In this document: positions 1-9,623 of the stretch, piece by piece
How positions within the stretch are numbered: position 1 is the stretch's first letter
Layout: each line of letters opens with the position of its first letter
Source: an uncultured Devosiaceae bacterium
GTDB taxonomy: Bacteria > Pseudomonadota > Alphaproteobacteria > Rhizobiales > Devosiaceae
Reading direction: 5' to 3'
DNA: 53,711 nt
Assembly: GCA_964555575.1 (NCBI GenBank)
Contig: CAZKTH010000001.1
Coordinates: forward strand, 1-53,711
Notes under the pieces: generated by a model
What the model saw: only the letters and a program-made list of their open reading frames with translations
What the model was told of the DNA's origin: nothing
Databases searched by the model: none
Made by a program: the position numbers and the translations under genes

Positions 1-130
1 AGTTGATGCCGCTCAGGGCATGCACCGCCAGCGGCGCCTGCCCCATCAGCCGGCTGACGAAGCCCTGCGGCAGGGAGAAGTCCTTGGTGACGTCTTCGGC
101 GGTGATCAGCACATCGGGTGTCTCAATCAT
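1..130 (-). CDS. Peptide ABC transporter ATP-binding protein (DppF/OppF-like), N-terminal part only, runs off window
   Basis: Reverse complement of 1-130 reads MIETPDVLITAEDVTKDFSLPQGFVSRLMGQAPLAVHALSGIN. The ATG at 130 overlaps the stop of the upstream ATPase (ATGA). It sits as the second ATPase of a Dpp/Opp-type operon. Confidence 0.6.
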   Translation of the reverse strand, partial: MIETPDVLITAEDVTKDFSLPQGFVSRLMGQAPLAVHALSGIN

Positions 131-1140
131 GCGACTGGCGATCCTGCTGCGAGAACCTTGCGGTGGTGATGGCAGGCAACCAGCCGTCCCGTCGCGAACT
201 CGTTGAGTTCCGGCGCGTCGCTCCTGCAGATTTCCGTCGCGAACGAGCAGCGCGGATGGAACGGACAGCCCGACGGGATGGCGGTAAGGCTCGGCGGCGT
301 CCCCTCGATCGACAAGAGCATACTGCGTTCGGCGCCACGCCGCGGAACCGAACCGAGCAGGCCGCGCGTATAGGCGTGATGCGGCTCGGCGAACACCGTG
401 CCCACCTTGCCCGTCTCGACGATTCGTCCCGCATACATCACGGCAAGCCGGTCGCAGACGGCGGCGATGACGCCGAGGTCGTGGGTGACGAACAGCACCG
501 ACATGCCGAGTTCGCGCCTGAGTTCGAGGATGAGTTTGAGGATCTGGTCCTGAATGGTCACGTCGAGCGCCGTCGTCGGCTCGTCGGCCAGGAGCAGTTT
601 GGGATTGCTGGCGAGGGTAATGGCGATCATGGCCCGCTGGCGCATGCCGCCGGAGAACTGGTGTGGAAAATCGAGCAGACGGCGCGGCGCCTCGGGGATG
701 CCGACCAGGTCCATCAGTTCGCGGGCGCGCCGGATGCGGCCGGCGCTGTTGAGCGTGGTGTGGGCCTGCAGGCTTTCCTCGATCTGGACGCCGATCGGCA
801 GGACCGGATTGAGCGCGGTCATCGGCTCCTGGAAGATCATGGCGATCTGGCTGCCGCGCACCTTGCGCAGCTCGCGGTCCGACAGCTTCTGCAGGTCGCG
901 GCCGCGCCAGAACACTTCGCCCTCGATCCGGCCGGGCGGATGCACGAGCCGCATGATCGAGCGGAGCGTCACGCTCTTGCCCGAGCCGGATTCGCCGACA
1001 AGGCCGAGCACTTCGCCCGGCATGACGTCGAAGCTGACATGATCGACCGCCGTCAACCGGCCGGAGTGCGTATCGAAGGTCGTGGTCAGGTCGCGGACCG
1101 CCAGGGCAGGCTGGTTCTCTGATAGCGTCGGCTCGCTCAC
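127..1140 (-). CDS. Peptide ABC transporter ATP-binding protein (DppD/OppD-like)
   Basis: Walker A GESGSGKS, signature FSGGMRQR, Walker B LLLADEPTTALD, and a C-terminal oligopeptide-type extension. The likely GTG start at 1140 (VSEPTLSENQ...) overlaps the permease stop (GTGA). The upstream part of the 127..1284 ORF is Arg-rich read-through. Confidence 0.9.
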   Translation of the reverse strand: MSEPTLSENQPALAVRDLTTTFDTHSGRLTAVDHVSFDVMPGEVLGLVGESGSGKSVTLRSIMRLVHPPGRIEGEVFWRGRDLQKLSDRELRKVRGSQIAMIFQEPMTALNPVLPIGVQIEESLQAHTTLNSAGRIRRARELMDLVGIPEAPRRLLDFPHQFSGGMRQRAMIAITLASNPKLLLADEPTTALDVTIQDQILKLILELRRELGMSVLFVTHDLGVIAAVCDRLAVMYAGRIVETGKVGTVFAEPHHAYTRGLLGSVPRRGAERSMLLSIEGTPPSLTAIPSGCPFHPRCSFATEICRSDAPELNEFATGRLVACHHHRKVLAAGSPVA

Positions 1141-1988
1141 TTCTTGGTCCTCAGCAGTTCGGCCAGGCCGTCGCCGAGCAGCGAGAAGGAAAGGCCCGCC
1201 ACGACGATGGCGATGCCGGGGAAGACGGCGATCCACCAGGCGGTGCTCATGAAGTTCTTGCCGTCGGCGATCTGCACGCCCCATTCGGCCGCCGGCGGCT
1301 GCGCCCCGAGGCCGAGATAGCCAAGGCTGGAGCCGAGCAGGATGGCGAGCGCCATGTCGGTCATCCAGTAAACGATGGCCGGGGTGATCGAATTGGGCAG
1401 CAGGTGGCGGAAGATGATGCGCAGGGGCCTGTAGCCCATGACCTTGCCGGCCTCGGCATAATCGAGGCGTTTCTGCACCTTGACTTCGGCCGCCACCAGC
1501 CTTGCGTAGAACACCCAGCCCACCGCGCCCACGGCGATGTACATGTTGGTCAGGCCCGGGCCGAGCACGGCGACGATGGCGATCACCAGGACCAGGAACG
1601 GGAAGGTGATCACGGCATCGACGACGCGGCCGAAGAACGCCTCGACGTTGCCGCCGGCATAGCCGACCAGCGCCCCCACCGTCACGCCGATGGTGAAGGC
1701 GGGCAGGGTGGCGAAGATGGCGATCTGCAGATCGAGCCGATAGGCCCAGATCACGCGGGACAGCACGTCGCGGCCGAAATTGTCGGCGCCGAGCAGATGC
1801 ACGGCGCTGGGCGGCGCCAGCAGCGCATTGTAGTCGAACGCGGTCGGATCGTAGGGCGCGAACAGCTGCGGGAAGATCGCCAGGATCAGGCTGAGCAGCA
1901 GCATGATGCTGCCGGCCAGCAGCGTTGCCGGCAGCTTGAGAATGTGGAAGCGCGGGCGCGGGCGGACGGGATCGGCGGCTATGGTCAT
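1137..1988 (-). CDS. ABC transporter permease (DppC/OppC-like)
   Basis: MTIAADPVRP...LGADNFGRDVLSRVIWA... is a typical DppC N-terminus with multiple TM segments. The ATG at 1988 overlaps the upstream permease stop (ATGA). The rest of the 620-aa ORF 1137..2999 is out-of-frame overlap. Confidence 0.9.
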   Translation of the reverse strand: MTIAADPVRPRPRFHILKLPATLLAGSIMLLLSLILAIFPQLFAPYDPTAFDYNALLAPPSAVHLLGADNFGRDVLSRVIWAYRLDLQIAIFATLPAFTIGVTVGALVGYAGGNVEAFFGRVVDAVITFPFLVLVIAIVAVLGPGLTNMYIAVGAVGWVFYARLVAAEVKVQKRLDYAEAGKVMGYRPLRIIFRHLLPNSITPAIVYWMTDMALAILLGSSLGYLGLGAQPPAAEWGVQIADGKNFMSTAWWIAVFPGIAIVVAGLSFSLLGDGLAELLRTKK

Positions 1989-2938
1989 CTGCTGATCCTC
2001 GGGTCGAGCCAGGCCTGAACGATGTCGGTGAGCAGGAAGGTCACGGACACCAGCACCGCCAGGGCCAGCGTCATGCCCTGCACCACCGGATAGTCGCGCC
2101 CGTAGATGGATTCGATCATCAGCCGACCGGCGCCCGGTACGGCGAACACGGTCTCGGTGATCACCGCGCCGCCCAGCAGCGTGCCGATCGACAGGCCGAA
2201 CAGGGTCACCGTTGAAATCAGGGCGTTGCGCAGCACGTGCCGGATCAGGATCAGGCGCGACTTGAGGCCCTTGGCGCGGGCGAAATCGACATATTCGGCG
2301 CCCAGCACGCCGATGATCGCGGCCCGCAAATTGCGCATCAGCACCGCCGACAGGCTCAGCGCCAGCGTCACCGCCGGCAGGAACAGGTGATAGAGGTGAT
2401 CGAAAAAGCTCTGGCCGTAGCCACCGACCGGGAACCAGTGCAGCGTCGCGGCGAACACGGTCAGAAGGATCAGCCCGAGATAGAACACGGGTATGGACAG
2501 CCCGACCTGGAAGGCGCCCCTGATGGCGGTGTCGGCGATCCGGTCCTGGCGCATGGCGGCCAGGAAGGCAAGCGGCACCGCCAGCATCAGCGCGATGAGC
2601 GCGGCCATCGCGGTCAGCAGCAGCGTCACCGGCAGCCGTTGCGCGATCAGGTCGACCACCGGGGCCTTGAGATTGATGGAATTGCCGAGATTGCCGGTCA
2701 TGACCTGCTGGACGAACACCAGGAACTGCACCGGCAGCGGCTGGTCGAGCCCCAGCTCGTGGTTGATGCGGGCGACGTCGGCGTCCAGGGCCCGATCTCC
2801 GAGAATGGCGCTGGCCGGGTCGCCCGGCAGCAGCCGCACCAGCGCGAAGACGACGATGATGATGAAGATCCAGGTCGGGATCAGCTGCAGCACGCGCCGG
2901 AAAATGTAGGACAGCAGCGGCAAGGATACACTCCGCAC
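1985..2938 (-). CDS. ABC transporter permease (DppB/OppB-like)
   Basis: LLSYIFRRVLQLIPTWIFIIIVVFALVRLLPGDP is the classic DppB N-terminus. The start is GTG at 2938, or alternatively TTG at 2923 preceded by GGAG. Confidence 0.9.
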   Translation of the reverse strand: MRSVSLPLLSYIFRRVLQLIPTWIFIIIVVFALVRLLPGDPASAILGDRALDADVARINHELGLDQPLPVQFLVFVQQVMTGNLGNSINLKAPVVDLIAQRLPVTLLLTAMAALIALMLAVPLAFLAAMRQDRIADTAIRGAFQVGLSIPVFYLGLILLTVFAATLHWFPVGGYGQSFFDHLYHLFLPAVTLALSLSAVLMRNLRAAIIGVLGAEYVDFARAKGLKSRLILIRHVLRNALISTVTLFGLSIGTLLGGAVITETVFAVPGAGRLMIESIYGRDYPVVQGMTLALAVLVSVTFLLTDIVQAWLDPRISR

Positions 2939-3029
2939 CAGATTCGGCAGGCCAGCTCACCGGGTCGTGCCGAATGGGAAGAGGCGTCCCGGACCGCAAG
3001 GGTCCGGAACGCGTGAGATGAGGGTGGGT

Positions 3030-4607
3030 CTACTTCGACAGCCAGGTCGCGCGGAAGATGTTGTTTCCGAGCGGGATCTGCACGAAGTCGTTGACCTTCT
3101 TGCTCAGGGCCACCGGATAGGGGGTCTCGTAGAGCGAGACGGTCGGTCCGGTCGAGTTGAAGATCTGCTGGATCTTGGCGTATTGCTCGGCCCGCTTGGC
3201 GTGATCCATCTCGGACTGCGAGGCAACGTAGAGCGCGTCGACCTCGTCGTTCTTCCAGCCCGAATGCAGGGATTCAATGGTCGGATAATAGGCGTAGTAC
3301 GAGGTGATCTCGCTGGGGTCGGCGATGTCGTCGGTCCAGGCCCCGAGGCGCGCATCGAAGTTGCCCTTGCGATAAAGGTCGGTGCGCGTGGCGTTGTCGA
3401 CCTGCTGCAGGTTGAGCTTGACGCCGATCCCCTGCCACATCTGCTGCAGGGCGGTGCCGATGCCGACCTCGTCCTGGTTGCCGGCCAGGGTCAGCAGGTT
3501 CATCTCGAACCCGTTGGGATAGCCGGCGTCGATCATCAGCTGCTTGGCCTTGGCCACGTCGACCGGATAGAGCGGCGTGTCGCCATAGTGCAGCGGCGTC
3601 GCCGACGACATGAACGAGCTCAGCGGCGTGCCCACGCCGTGGGTGACGATCTGGATGATCGCCTGCTTGTTGGTGGCGTAGTTCAGGGCCTGGCGGACCT
3701 TTTCATTGCTGAGCGGGTTGTCCTTGCCGTTGATCTGCGGGCGCACGTTCAGGATCATGTCCTCGACGCGCGTTGACGGGAACAGTTCCATGTTGATCGT
3801 GTCGGAAGCCTGAAGCTCGGCGACGCGCGCATAGGGAATGAACTCGGCGCCCATCAGCTCGCCCGACTGCAGTTTGAGGATGCGGGTGGCGTCGTCCGGG
3901 ATCACCTGGAAGTCGATGCCGTCGAGGTAAGGCAGCGGCTGACCGTCGGCGCCGATGTCCCAGTACTAGGGATTCTTGGCCAGCTTCATGTCCGATCCCT
4001 TGTCCCAGGACTGGAACATGAACGGGCCGGATCCGACCGGGTGCGCGGCGAAGGCCTGCGCCTTTTCCGCGTCGGTCGCGCCGGGCTCGGCCTCGAACAG
4101 CTTCTTGGGCATGACGGCGGTGTTGAACACGGTCAATGCCGGCAGGATGGCCGGGTCGGGATGCTTGAGCGCGATGACGATTGTCTTGGCGTCGGGCGCT
4201 GTGACCTTGTCGATCGACTCGACCAGGAAGTTCCAGATGCCGTTATCGGGATTGGCGGCGCGCTCGAGCGACCAGATCACGTCGTCGGGGGTGATCGGCG
4301 AGCCGTCGGAGAACTTGATGCCATCCCTCAAGGTGAGCGTGACCTTCATGCCGTCCGGCGAGACGTCCCATTTGGTGGCAAGGCCCGGCATCAGCCCCTG
4401 GCCGTCATTGGTGGGCAGGATGAGGGTGTCGTAAAGGTTGCTCAGGACCCAGATGTCGACATTGGCGTCGTTCAGCACCGGATCCAGAAACAGGCTGTCG
4501 GCGTAGCGACCAAAGGTCATCACGCCGCCACGCTCGACCGCCAGCGCCGCTGAACTGGCCCCCAGCAGCAGGCTCGCGGCCAATACCGTCGAAAGTATGC
4601 TCTTCAT
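3030..4607 (-). pseudogene. Family-5 (DppA/OppA-like) periplasmic peptide-binding protein interrupted by one in-frame TAG (3966-3968)
   Basis: ORFs 3966..4718 and 3030..3905 are in the same frame (4718-3905=813). Reading through gives ...KLAKNP*YWDIGADGQPLPYLDGIDFQVIPDDATRILKLQSGE..., so the stop sits inside the conserved NPxYW motif. Signal peptide MKSILSTVLAASLLLGASSAALA starts at 4607. Confidence 0.75.
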
Positions 4608-4712
4608 GTTCGATTGTCCCCTGTCAACGTGGTCCACTGTTATAGTTGAGTGTAACGTTCCATGCGGTTTGGGTCGTGTCAACGGGAACGTTGCGCAAAA
4701 ACTAGGAAAAAA

Positions 4713-4726
4713 GGGCAAATTTGCCC
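4713..4726. promoter_or_regulatory. Perfect 14-bp palindrome GGGCAAATTTGCCC in the divergent promoter region between the binding-protein gene and the GntR gene
   Basis: Read directly from the sequence. The same intergenic region also has TGTCAACG twice (about 4621 and 4675) and CAACG-GGAA-CGTTG. It is a candidate operator for the adjacent GntR regulator. Confidence 0.3.
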
Positions 4727-4791
4727 GGACGTCTTGTGAGCTTCACAGCAAGCGTGATAGTTCTGTAGTACGGACAAGATGGACGAAACGA

Positions 4792-5781
4792 ATGGACTTT
4801 CATATCGATCGCGACCTCCAGGTCCCCTTGCGCTTGCAGCTCAAGGGTGTGATCGAATATGGCATCGCCTGCGGCGAGCTTCTGGTGGGCGACCCGCTGC
4901 CGTCGGTCCGTGATCTCGCCGAAGAGGTCGGTGTCGCGCCGATGACGGTCAGCCTTGTATACCGCGACCTCAAGAAGGACGGACTGATCGAAACGCGCCC
5001 GGGCGCAGGCACTTACGTCGCGGACAGTTTCCGGGCCCGCATCGCGGCGCAGCCGAGCGTGGTGGCGCTGCACCGGCAGATCGACGATCTGATCGACAAC
5101 GCCCTGAACATGGGCATCCGCTCCTCGGACGTGGCCGCCCTGATCAATGCCAGGCTGAACTACCGGCTGAACATCGGGCGCCGGGTCAGCGTCGTCATGG
5201 TCGGGCTCTTTCCCGAGGCAACCACGAGCTACGCCAAGTTCATCGCCGCCCATCTGGGCGCCGTCGCCACGGTCGAGCCGATGACCATGGACGCCCTGGA
5301 GCGCCAGGCCGAACTACGCAGTCGCGCCAGCTCCGCCGATCTGGCACTGACCTTTGCCAACCGGCATCGCGAGGTCTCGGCGCTGCTGCCCAACACCAAG
5401 GTCGTTTCCATCCGCTTCATTCCGTCCGAACACACGCGCCTGGCGCTCGCCTCGATCGATCCGATGGCGCGCATCGTGGCCGTGTCCCGCTTCCCCGACT
5501 TCCTGCCGACCCTCAAATCCGGCGTGCAGCGCTTCGCGGCGCACAACCAGAATCTGACCGCCGGCAATCTCGAGGACGCCAACCTGGCCGAGCTGCTGGC
5601 GGGCGCCGACGTCGTGGTCCACGCCACCGGCGCCGAGAAGGCGCTGGACCTGGCCCGCCCGGGCGTCACCGCCATCGAGTACCGGCATACCCCGGACCCG
5701 GGCGATCTCGAGAATCTCGTCAAGCCCTTCATCATGCAGACGGCGGACTCCGCCGCATTCGCACAAAAGGAAGCCTCATGA
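4792..5781 (+). CDS. GntR-family transcriptional regulator with a large uncharacterised C-terminal domain
   Basis: The N-terminal winged HTH LPSVRDLAEEVGVAPMTVSLVYRDLKKDGLIETRPGAGTYV is a GntR signature. ATG at 4792. The stop overlaps the next start (ATGA at 5778). Confidence 0.8.
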   Translation: MDFHIDRDLQVPLRLQLKGVIEYGIACGELLVGDPLPSVRDLAEEVGVAPMTVSLVYRDLKKDGLIETRPGAGTYVADSFRARIAAQPSVVALHRQIDDLIDNALNMGIRSSDVAALINARLNYRLNIGRRVSVVMVGLFPEATTSYAKFIAAHLGAVATVEPMTMDALERQAELRSRASSADLALTFANRHREVSALLPNTKVVSIRFIPSEHTRLALASIDPMARIVAVSRFPDFLPTLKSGVQRFAAHNQNLTAGNLEDANLAELLAGADVVVHATGAEKALDLARPGVTAIEYRHTPDPGDLENLVKPFIMQTADSAAFAQKEAS

Positions 5782-6479
5782 AAGTATCGGACATGAACTG
5801 GTCGGCGGTCGAAGCCTATCTCGAGCGCGACGACCGGGTGATCCTTCCCCTCGGCAGCACCGAGCAGCATGGCGGGCTGTCGCTGTCGGTCGATGCCATT
5901 CTGGCCGAAAAGGTCGCCGTCGACGCCGCCGAGCCGCTGGGTATCCCGGTCTTCCCGGTCGTCCCCTACGGCATCACGCCCTATTTCCTCGACTATCCCG
6001 GCTCGATCAGCCTGAGGGTCGAAACCTATATCCGCGTCGTGCGCGACGTTCTCGACGTCCTCAAGCGCCAGGGCTTCAAGCGCATCCTTTTGTGCAACGG
6101 CCATGGCGGCAACGCTCCGGCCGGTTCCGTGGCCATCGAGTGGATGGCCGACAATCCGGGTGTGCAGGTCAAGTTCCACAATTGGTGGAATGCGCCCAAG
6201 ACCTTCGCCAAGGTGCAGGAAATCGACCCCGTCGCCTCGCACGCCTCGTGGATGGAGAATTTCGCCTGGACCCGTCTGCCCGGCGTCGTCCAGCCGACCC
6301 AGCAGAAGCCGATGGTCGACCTCGCCTATATGCGCGTGCTCGATCCGGCCGGGGCGCGCAAGCTCCTCGGCGACGGCAATTTCGGTGGCTATTACGAGCG
6401 CTCCGACGACGAGATGCAGGCCATCTGGGACATCGCCGTAATCGAAACGCGCGCCCTTCTCGAAGAGGGATGGGCATGA
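5778..6479 (+). CDS. Creatininase-family amidohydrolase
   Basis: Motifs LPLGSTEQHG and CNGHGGN are typical of the creatinine amidohydrolase family. About 233 aa. Confidence 0.85.
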   Translation: MKVSDMNWSAVEAYLERDDRVILPLGSTEQHGGLSLSVDAILAEKVAVDAAEPLGIPVFPVVPYGITPYFLDYPGSISLRVETYIRVVRDVLDVLKRQGFKRILLCNGHGGNAPAGSVAIEWMADNPGVQVKFHNWWNAPKTFAKVQEIDPVASHASWMENFAWTRLPGVVQPTQQKPMVDLAYMRVLDPAGARKLLGDGNFGGYYERSDDEMQAIWDIAVIETRALLEEGWA

Positions 6480-7513
6480 GCAAACCGATCCTGATCTGGG
6501 GCGCCGGCGCCATCGGCGCCTCGTTCGGTGCGGTGCTGGCAGACCTGGGCCATGAGGTCGTGTTCGTCGACAACGTCCCCGAACACGTCGACGCCATCAA
6601 CAAAAAGGGACTCGAGATCGTCGGACCGATCACCCAGTTGGTGGTCAAGGCGCCGGCGCTTCTGCCCGAACAGGTCACCGGTCAGTTCGACCGCATCTTC
6701 CTCTGCGTCAAGGCGCTGCACACCAAGGCCGCGACAGAGGCGCTGGCCCCGCATCTGGCGCCGGACGGCTATGTCGTTTCGGCCCAGAACGGGCTCAACG
6801 AACTGGTGATTGAAAAGATCGTCGGCCGCGAACGCACGATCGGGTGCTTCGTCAATTTCGGCGCCGACTATCTCGAACCCGGCATCGTCCAGTATTCGGG
6901 ACGTGGCGCCTTCGTGGTCGGCGAACTCGACGGGCAGAAAAGCGAGCGGATCGTCGCCCTGCACGAACTGGTGCAGGAATTCGAGCCGAACGCCATCCTG
7001 ACCGACAACATCTGGGGCTATCTGTGGGGCAAGCTCGTCTATGGCGCGCAATTGTTCGCCACGGCCCTGACCAATGACGGTATCGCCGACTGCTTCGCCA
7101 ATCCTGAATTCCGCCCGGTGCTGACCGCGCTCGGCCAGGAGGTCGGCGCGGTCGCCAAGGCCAACGGCGTCACCACCGAAGGCTTCAACGGTTTCGAACC
7201 GGCGGCCTTCGCGCCCGGCGCGCCGCAAAGCCTCATCGACAGATCGCTCGACGATCTGGTGGCGTTCAACCGGCGTTCGGCCAAGTCGCATTCGGGGATC
7301 TGGCGCGACCTCGCCATCCGCAAGCGCAAGACCGAGGTCAGGGATCAGCTCGGGCCGATCGTCGATGCCGGCAAACGGCTTGGCGTGCCGACGCCGCTGA
7401 CGGCACGGCTGATCGACATGATCATCGAGATGGAAACCGGAGCGCGAAGCTTTTCCGCCGAAAGCATAAGCGAACTGGCAGCGGCGGCTCAGACTAGGGT
7501 AGAGAGCAAATGA
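6476..7513 (+). CDS. Ketopantoate reductase (PanE/ApbA) family oxidoreductase
   Basis: Rossmann N-terminus ILIWGAGAIGASFGAVLADLGHEVVFVD, SAQNGL, and NIWGYLWGKLVYGA. The ATG at 6476 overlaps the upstream stop (ATGA). Confidence 0.8.
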   Translation: MSKPILIWGAGAIGASFGAVLADLGHEVVFVDNVPEHVDAINKKGLEIVGPITQLVVKAPALLPEQVTGQFDRIFLCVKALHTKAATEALAPHLAPDGYVVSAQNGLNELVIEKIVGRERTIGCFVNFGADYLEPGIVQYSGRGAFVVGELDGQKSERIVALHELVQEFEPNAILTDNIWGYLWGKLVYGAQLFATALTNDGIADCFANPEFRPVLTALGQEVGAVAKANGVTTEGFNGFEPAAFAPGAPQSLIDRSLDDLVAFNRRSAKSHSGIWRDLAIRKRKTEVRDQLGPIVDAGKRLGVPTPLTARLIDMIIEMETGARSFSAESISELAAAAQTRVESK

Positions 7514-8250
7514 ATATCGATTTTGCCGGCAAGACCGTGCTGGTCACCGGCGCGGCACATGGTTTCGGCCGGGCGATTGCGCTCGCCTTTTCACGGAATG
7601 GCGCCAAGGTTCTTGCCTGCGACGTCAACGAGATTGGCCTCGCCGAAACGGCAAAGCTCGATCCGGGCCTTGAAATCTTCTTGCTCGATGTCGGCGATCG
7701 CGCGGCGGTGCAAAAAGCTGTTGACGGGCGCGATATCGACATCCTCGTCAACAATGCCGGTGGTGTGCGCGGCCAGGTCGGCCGGCCGATCGAGCAGATC
7801 AGCGCCGCCGACTGGCAGACGATCTTCGACGTCAACCTGTCCGGCGCCTTCTTCATGACCCAGGCGGTGGCGCCGGGCATGAAGGCGCGGAAATGGGGGC
7901 GTGTGATCAACATCTCCTCGGGTGCGGGCCTGGGCATTACCCTGACCGGCATCCAGGCCTATGCCAGCGCCAAGGCCGGCCAGATCGGCCTGACGCGGCA
8001 ACTGGCGCACGAGCTCGGACCCTTCGGCATCACCGTCAACAACATCGCGCCCGGGTTCGTCCGCTCCAACCCGACCACCGAGAAGCAGTGGGAGGCGATG
8101 GGCGAGGAAGGGCAGCAAGACCTCCTCAACAACATCGCCATGCGCCATCTCGGCACGCCCGACGACATCGCCAACGCCGTGATGTTCTTCGCCTCCGACG
8201 AGGCGGAATGGATCACCGGCCAGGTGCTGAGCGTGGATGGCGGCAAATGA
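7510..8250 (+). CDS. SDR-family oxidoreductase (FabG-like)
   Basis: TGAAHGFGRAIA, NNAG, YASAKAG catalytic Y-x3-K, C-terminal VDGG. ATGA overlap with the upstream gene. Confidence 0.9.
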   Translation: MNIDFAGKTVLVTGAAHGFGRAIALAFSRNGAKVLACDVNEIGLAETAKLDPGLEIFLLDVGDRAAVQKAVDGRDIDILVNNAGGVRGQVGRPIEQISAADWQTIFDVNLSGAFFMTQAVAPGMKARKWGRVINISSGAGLGITLTGIQAYASAKAGQIGLTRQLAHELGPFGITVNNIAPGFVRSNPTTEKQWEAMGEEGQQDLLNNIAMRHLGTPDDIANAVMFFASDEAEWITGQVLSVDGGK

Positions 8251-9623
8251 GCGCTGCCGTCGAGGATCATCTGGCCGCTCATGTTGACGAGGCGGTTGCC
8301 GAACTCGAGGCGCTTTGTCGCCTGCAAAGCGTTTCGACCGATCCGGCCTACAAGAGCGGCATCCTGGCGGCGGCCGATTTCATGGCCGATGCGCTGAGGC
8401 GCTCCGGTTTCCCGCTGGTCGAGATCGTTGAGACCGAGGGGCATCCGCTGATCTTCGCCGAGAGTGCGAAAATCCCCGATGTCCCGACGATTCTGGTCTA
8501 TGGCCACTACGACGTGCAGCCGCCCGATCCACTCGACAAGTGGCTCAGCCCGCCCTTCGAGCCGACCATCCGCGACGACCGGCTCTACGGACGCGGCGTT
8601 TCCGACGACAAGGGACCGCTGCTGATCCCGATCCTGGTTGCCCGTGCCTTTTCCGAGATCGAGGGCGGCCTGCCGCTCAACGTCAAGTTCCTGATCGAGG
8701 GCGAGGAGGAATCGGGCAGCCCGCATTTCGAACCGGCGGTCGCAAGGCTCAGGGAACGGCTCGACTGCGACCTCGTGGTATCGGCCGACGGCGCCATGTG
8801 GCGTGACGACCTGCCCTCGGTGACTGTCGCCGGGCGTGGCCTGGTCGCCATGGATGTCATCCTCCATGGTGCTGGCAAGGACCTCCATTCCGGCCGTCAC
8901 GGTGGCAGCGCCCCCAATCCCGTCCGGGCGCTCGCACATCTCATCGCGAGCCTGCACGATGCCGATGGCAATGTCGTTGTCTCCGGCTTTTTCGACGGCG
9001 TCCTGCCGTCCGATCCGGCGATCGCCGAAGCGATCGCGGCGCTCGATTTCGATACCGGCCGCTATTTCGACGAGATCGGCGCGCCCCGTCCCGATCCGTT
9101 GCCCGACGGCGTCGACCTCCTGACCCGGCAATGGCTCATCCCGACGCTTGAATTCAACGGCATTTCCGGCGGCTATGCCGGCCCCGGCACCAAGACGGTC
9201 ATTCCTGCGACCGCCTCGGCCAAGATCACCTGCCGGCTGGTGCGCGGCCAGGATCCGGACGCCGTGCGCGAAGCCATTGCCGCCCATCTCGAAGCGCGCC
9301 TGCCGAGCGGCTATCGTCTCGAAGTCAGGGGGCACGGACCGGGCGTTGCGGCCTTCGCCCTCGATCCCGACCTGCCGGGCCTCGCCATTGCCGAGGATAT
9401 CCTTGCCGAACTGCGCGGCGAAAAGCCTTTGCGCGTCGCCATGGGCGCGACCATTCCGATCCCGGGCGTCTTCGAGAAGCATCTGGGCAAGGGCACGATG
9501 TTCTTCTCGTTCTCGACCTCGGACGAGGACTATCACGCGCCCAACGAATTCCTGCGTCTCAGCAGTTTCCGCCTCGGCCTGACGGCCTGGGCCCGGCTGT
9601 TCGAGAGGCTGGCGGCATCATGA
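8247..9623 (+). CDS. M20-family metallopeptidase/dipeptidase
   Basis: YGHYDVQPPDP, GRGVSDDKGPLL and IEGEEESGS are typical M20 metal-binding motifs. ATGA overlap at 8247. Confidence 0.85.
   Translation: MSAAVEDHLAAHVDEAVAELEALCRLQSVSTDPAYKSGILAAADFMADALRRSGFPLVEIVETEGHPLIFAESAKIPDVPTILVYGHYDVQPPDPLDKWLSPPFEPTIRDDRLYGRGVSDDKGPLLIPILVARAFSEIEGGLPLNVKFLIEGEEESGSPHFEPAVARLRERLDCDLVVSADGAMWRDDLPSVTVAGRGLVAMDVILHGAGKDLHSGRHGGSAPNPVRALAHLIASLHDADGNVVVSGFFDGVLPSDPAIAEAIAALDFDTGRYFDEIGAPRPDPLPDGVDLLTRQWLIPTLEFNGISGGYAGPGTKTVIPATASAKITCRLVRGQDPDAVREAIAAHLEARLPSGYRLEVRGHGPGVAAFALDPDLPGLAIAEDILAELRGEKPLRVAMGATIPIPGVFEKHLGKGTMFFSFSTSDEDYHAPNEFLRLSSFRLGLTAWARLFERLAAS

Noticed and set aside
118-1122. Long ORFs on the opposite strand or in alternate frames of clear genes. 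Examples: 118..1122(+), 14003..15766(-), 24262..25647(-), 30771..32684(-), 37533..39659(-), 45086..46873(+), 47805..48770(-), 19435..20496(+).
   Set aside because: Their translations are Arg/Gly/Pro/Asp-rich with no recognisable motifs, and each fully overlaps a gene with strong family signatures. These are typical stop-poor shadow frames of high-GC DNA.
1137-2999. Very long fused ORFs: 1137..2999 (620 aa), 42178..44616 (812 aa), 29168..30520 (450 aa), 7893..9623 (576 aa), 6092..7513 (473 aa), 34991..36817 (608 aa).
   Set aside because: Only the C-terminal part of each matches a protein family and has a sensible start with an RBS or overlap coupling. The N-terminal extensions read through the upstream gene in a wrong frame.
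3966-3968. Two in-frame TAG codons (3966-3968 and 26251-26253) as evidence for amber recoding, pyrrolysine or a suppressor tRNA.
   Set aside because: The second TAG sits in a gene that also has frameshifts and a large deletion. Many genes in the window terminate normally with TAG (for example 42178-42180, 11788-11790 and 16421-16423). No pyl genes or suppressor tRNA are visible. Point mutation or sequencing error is the simpler explanation.
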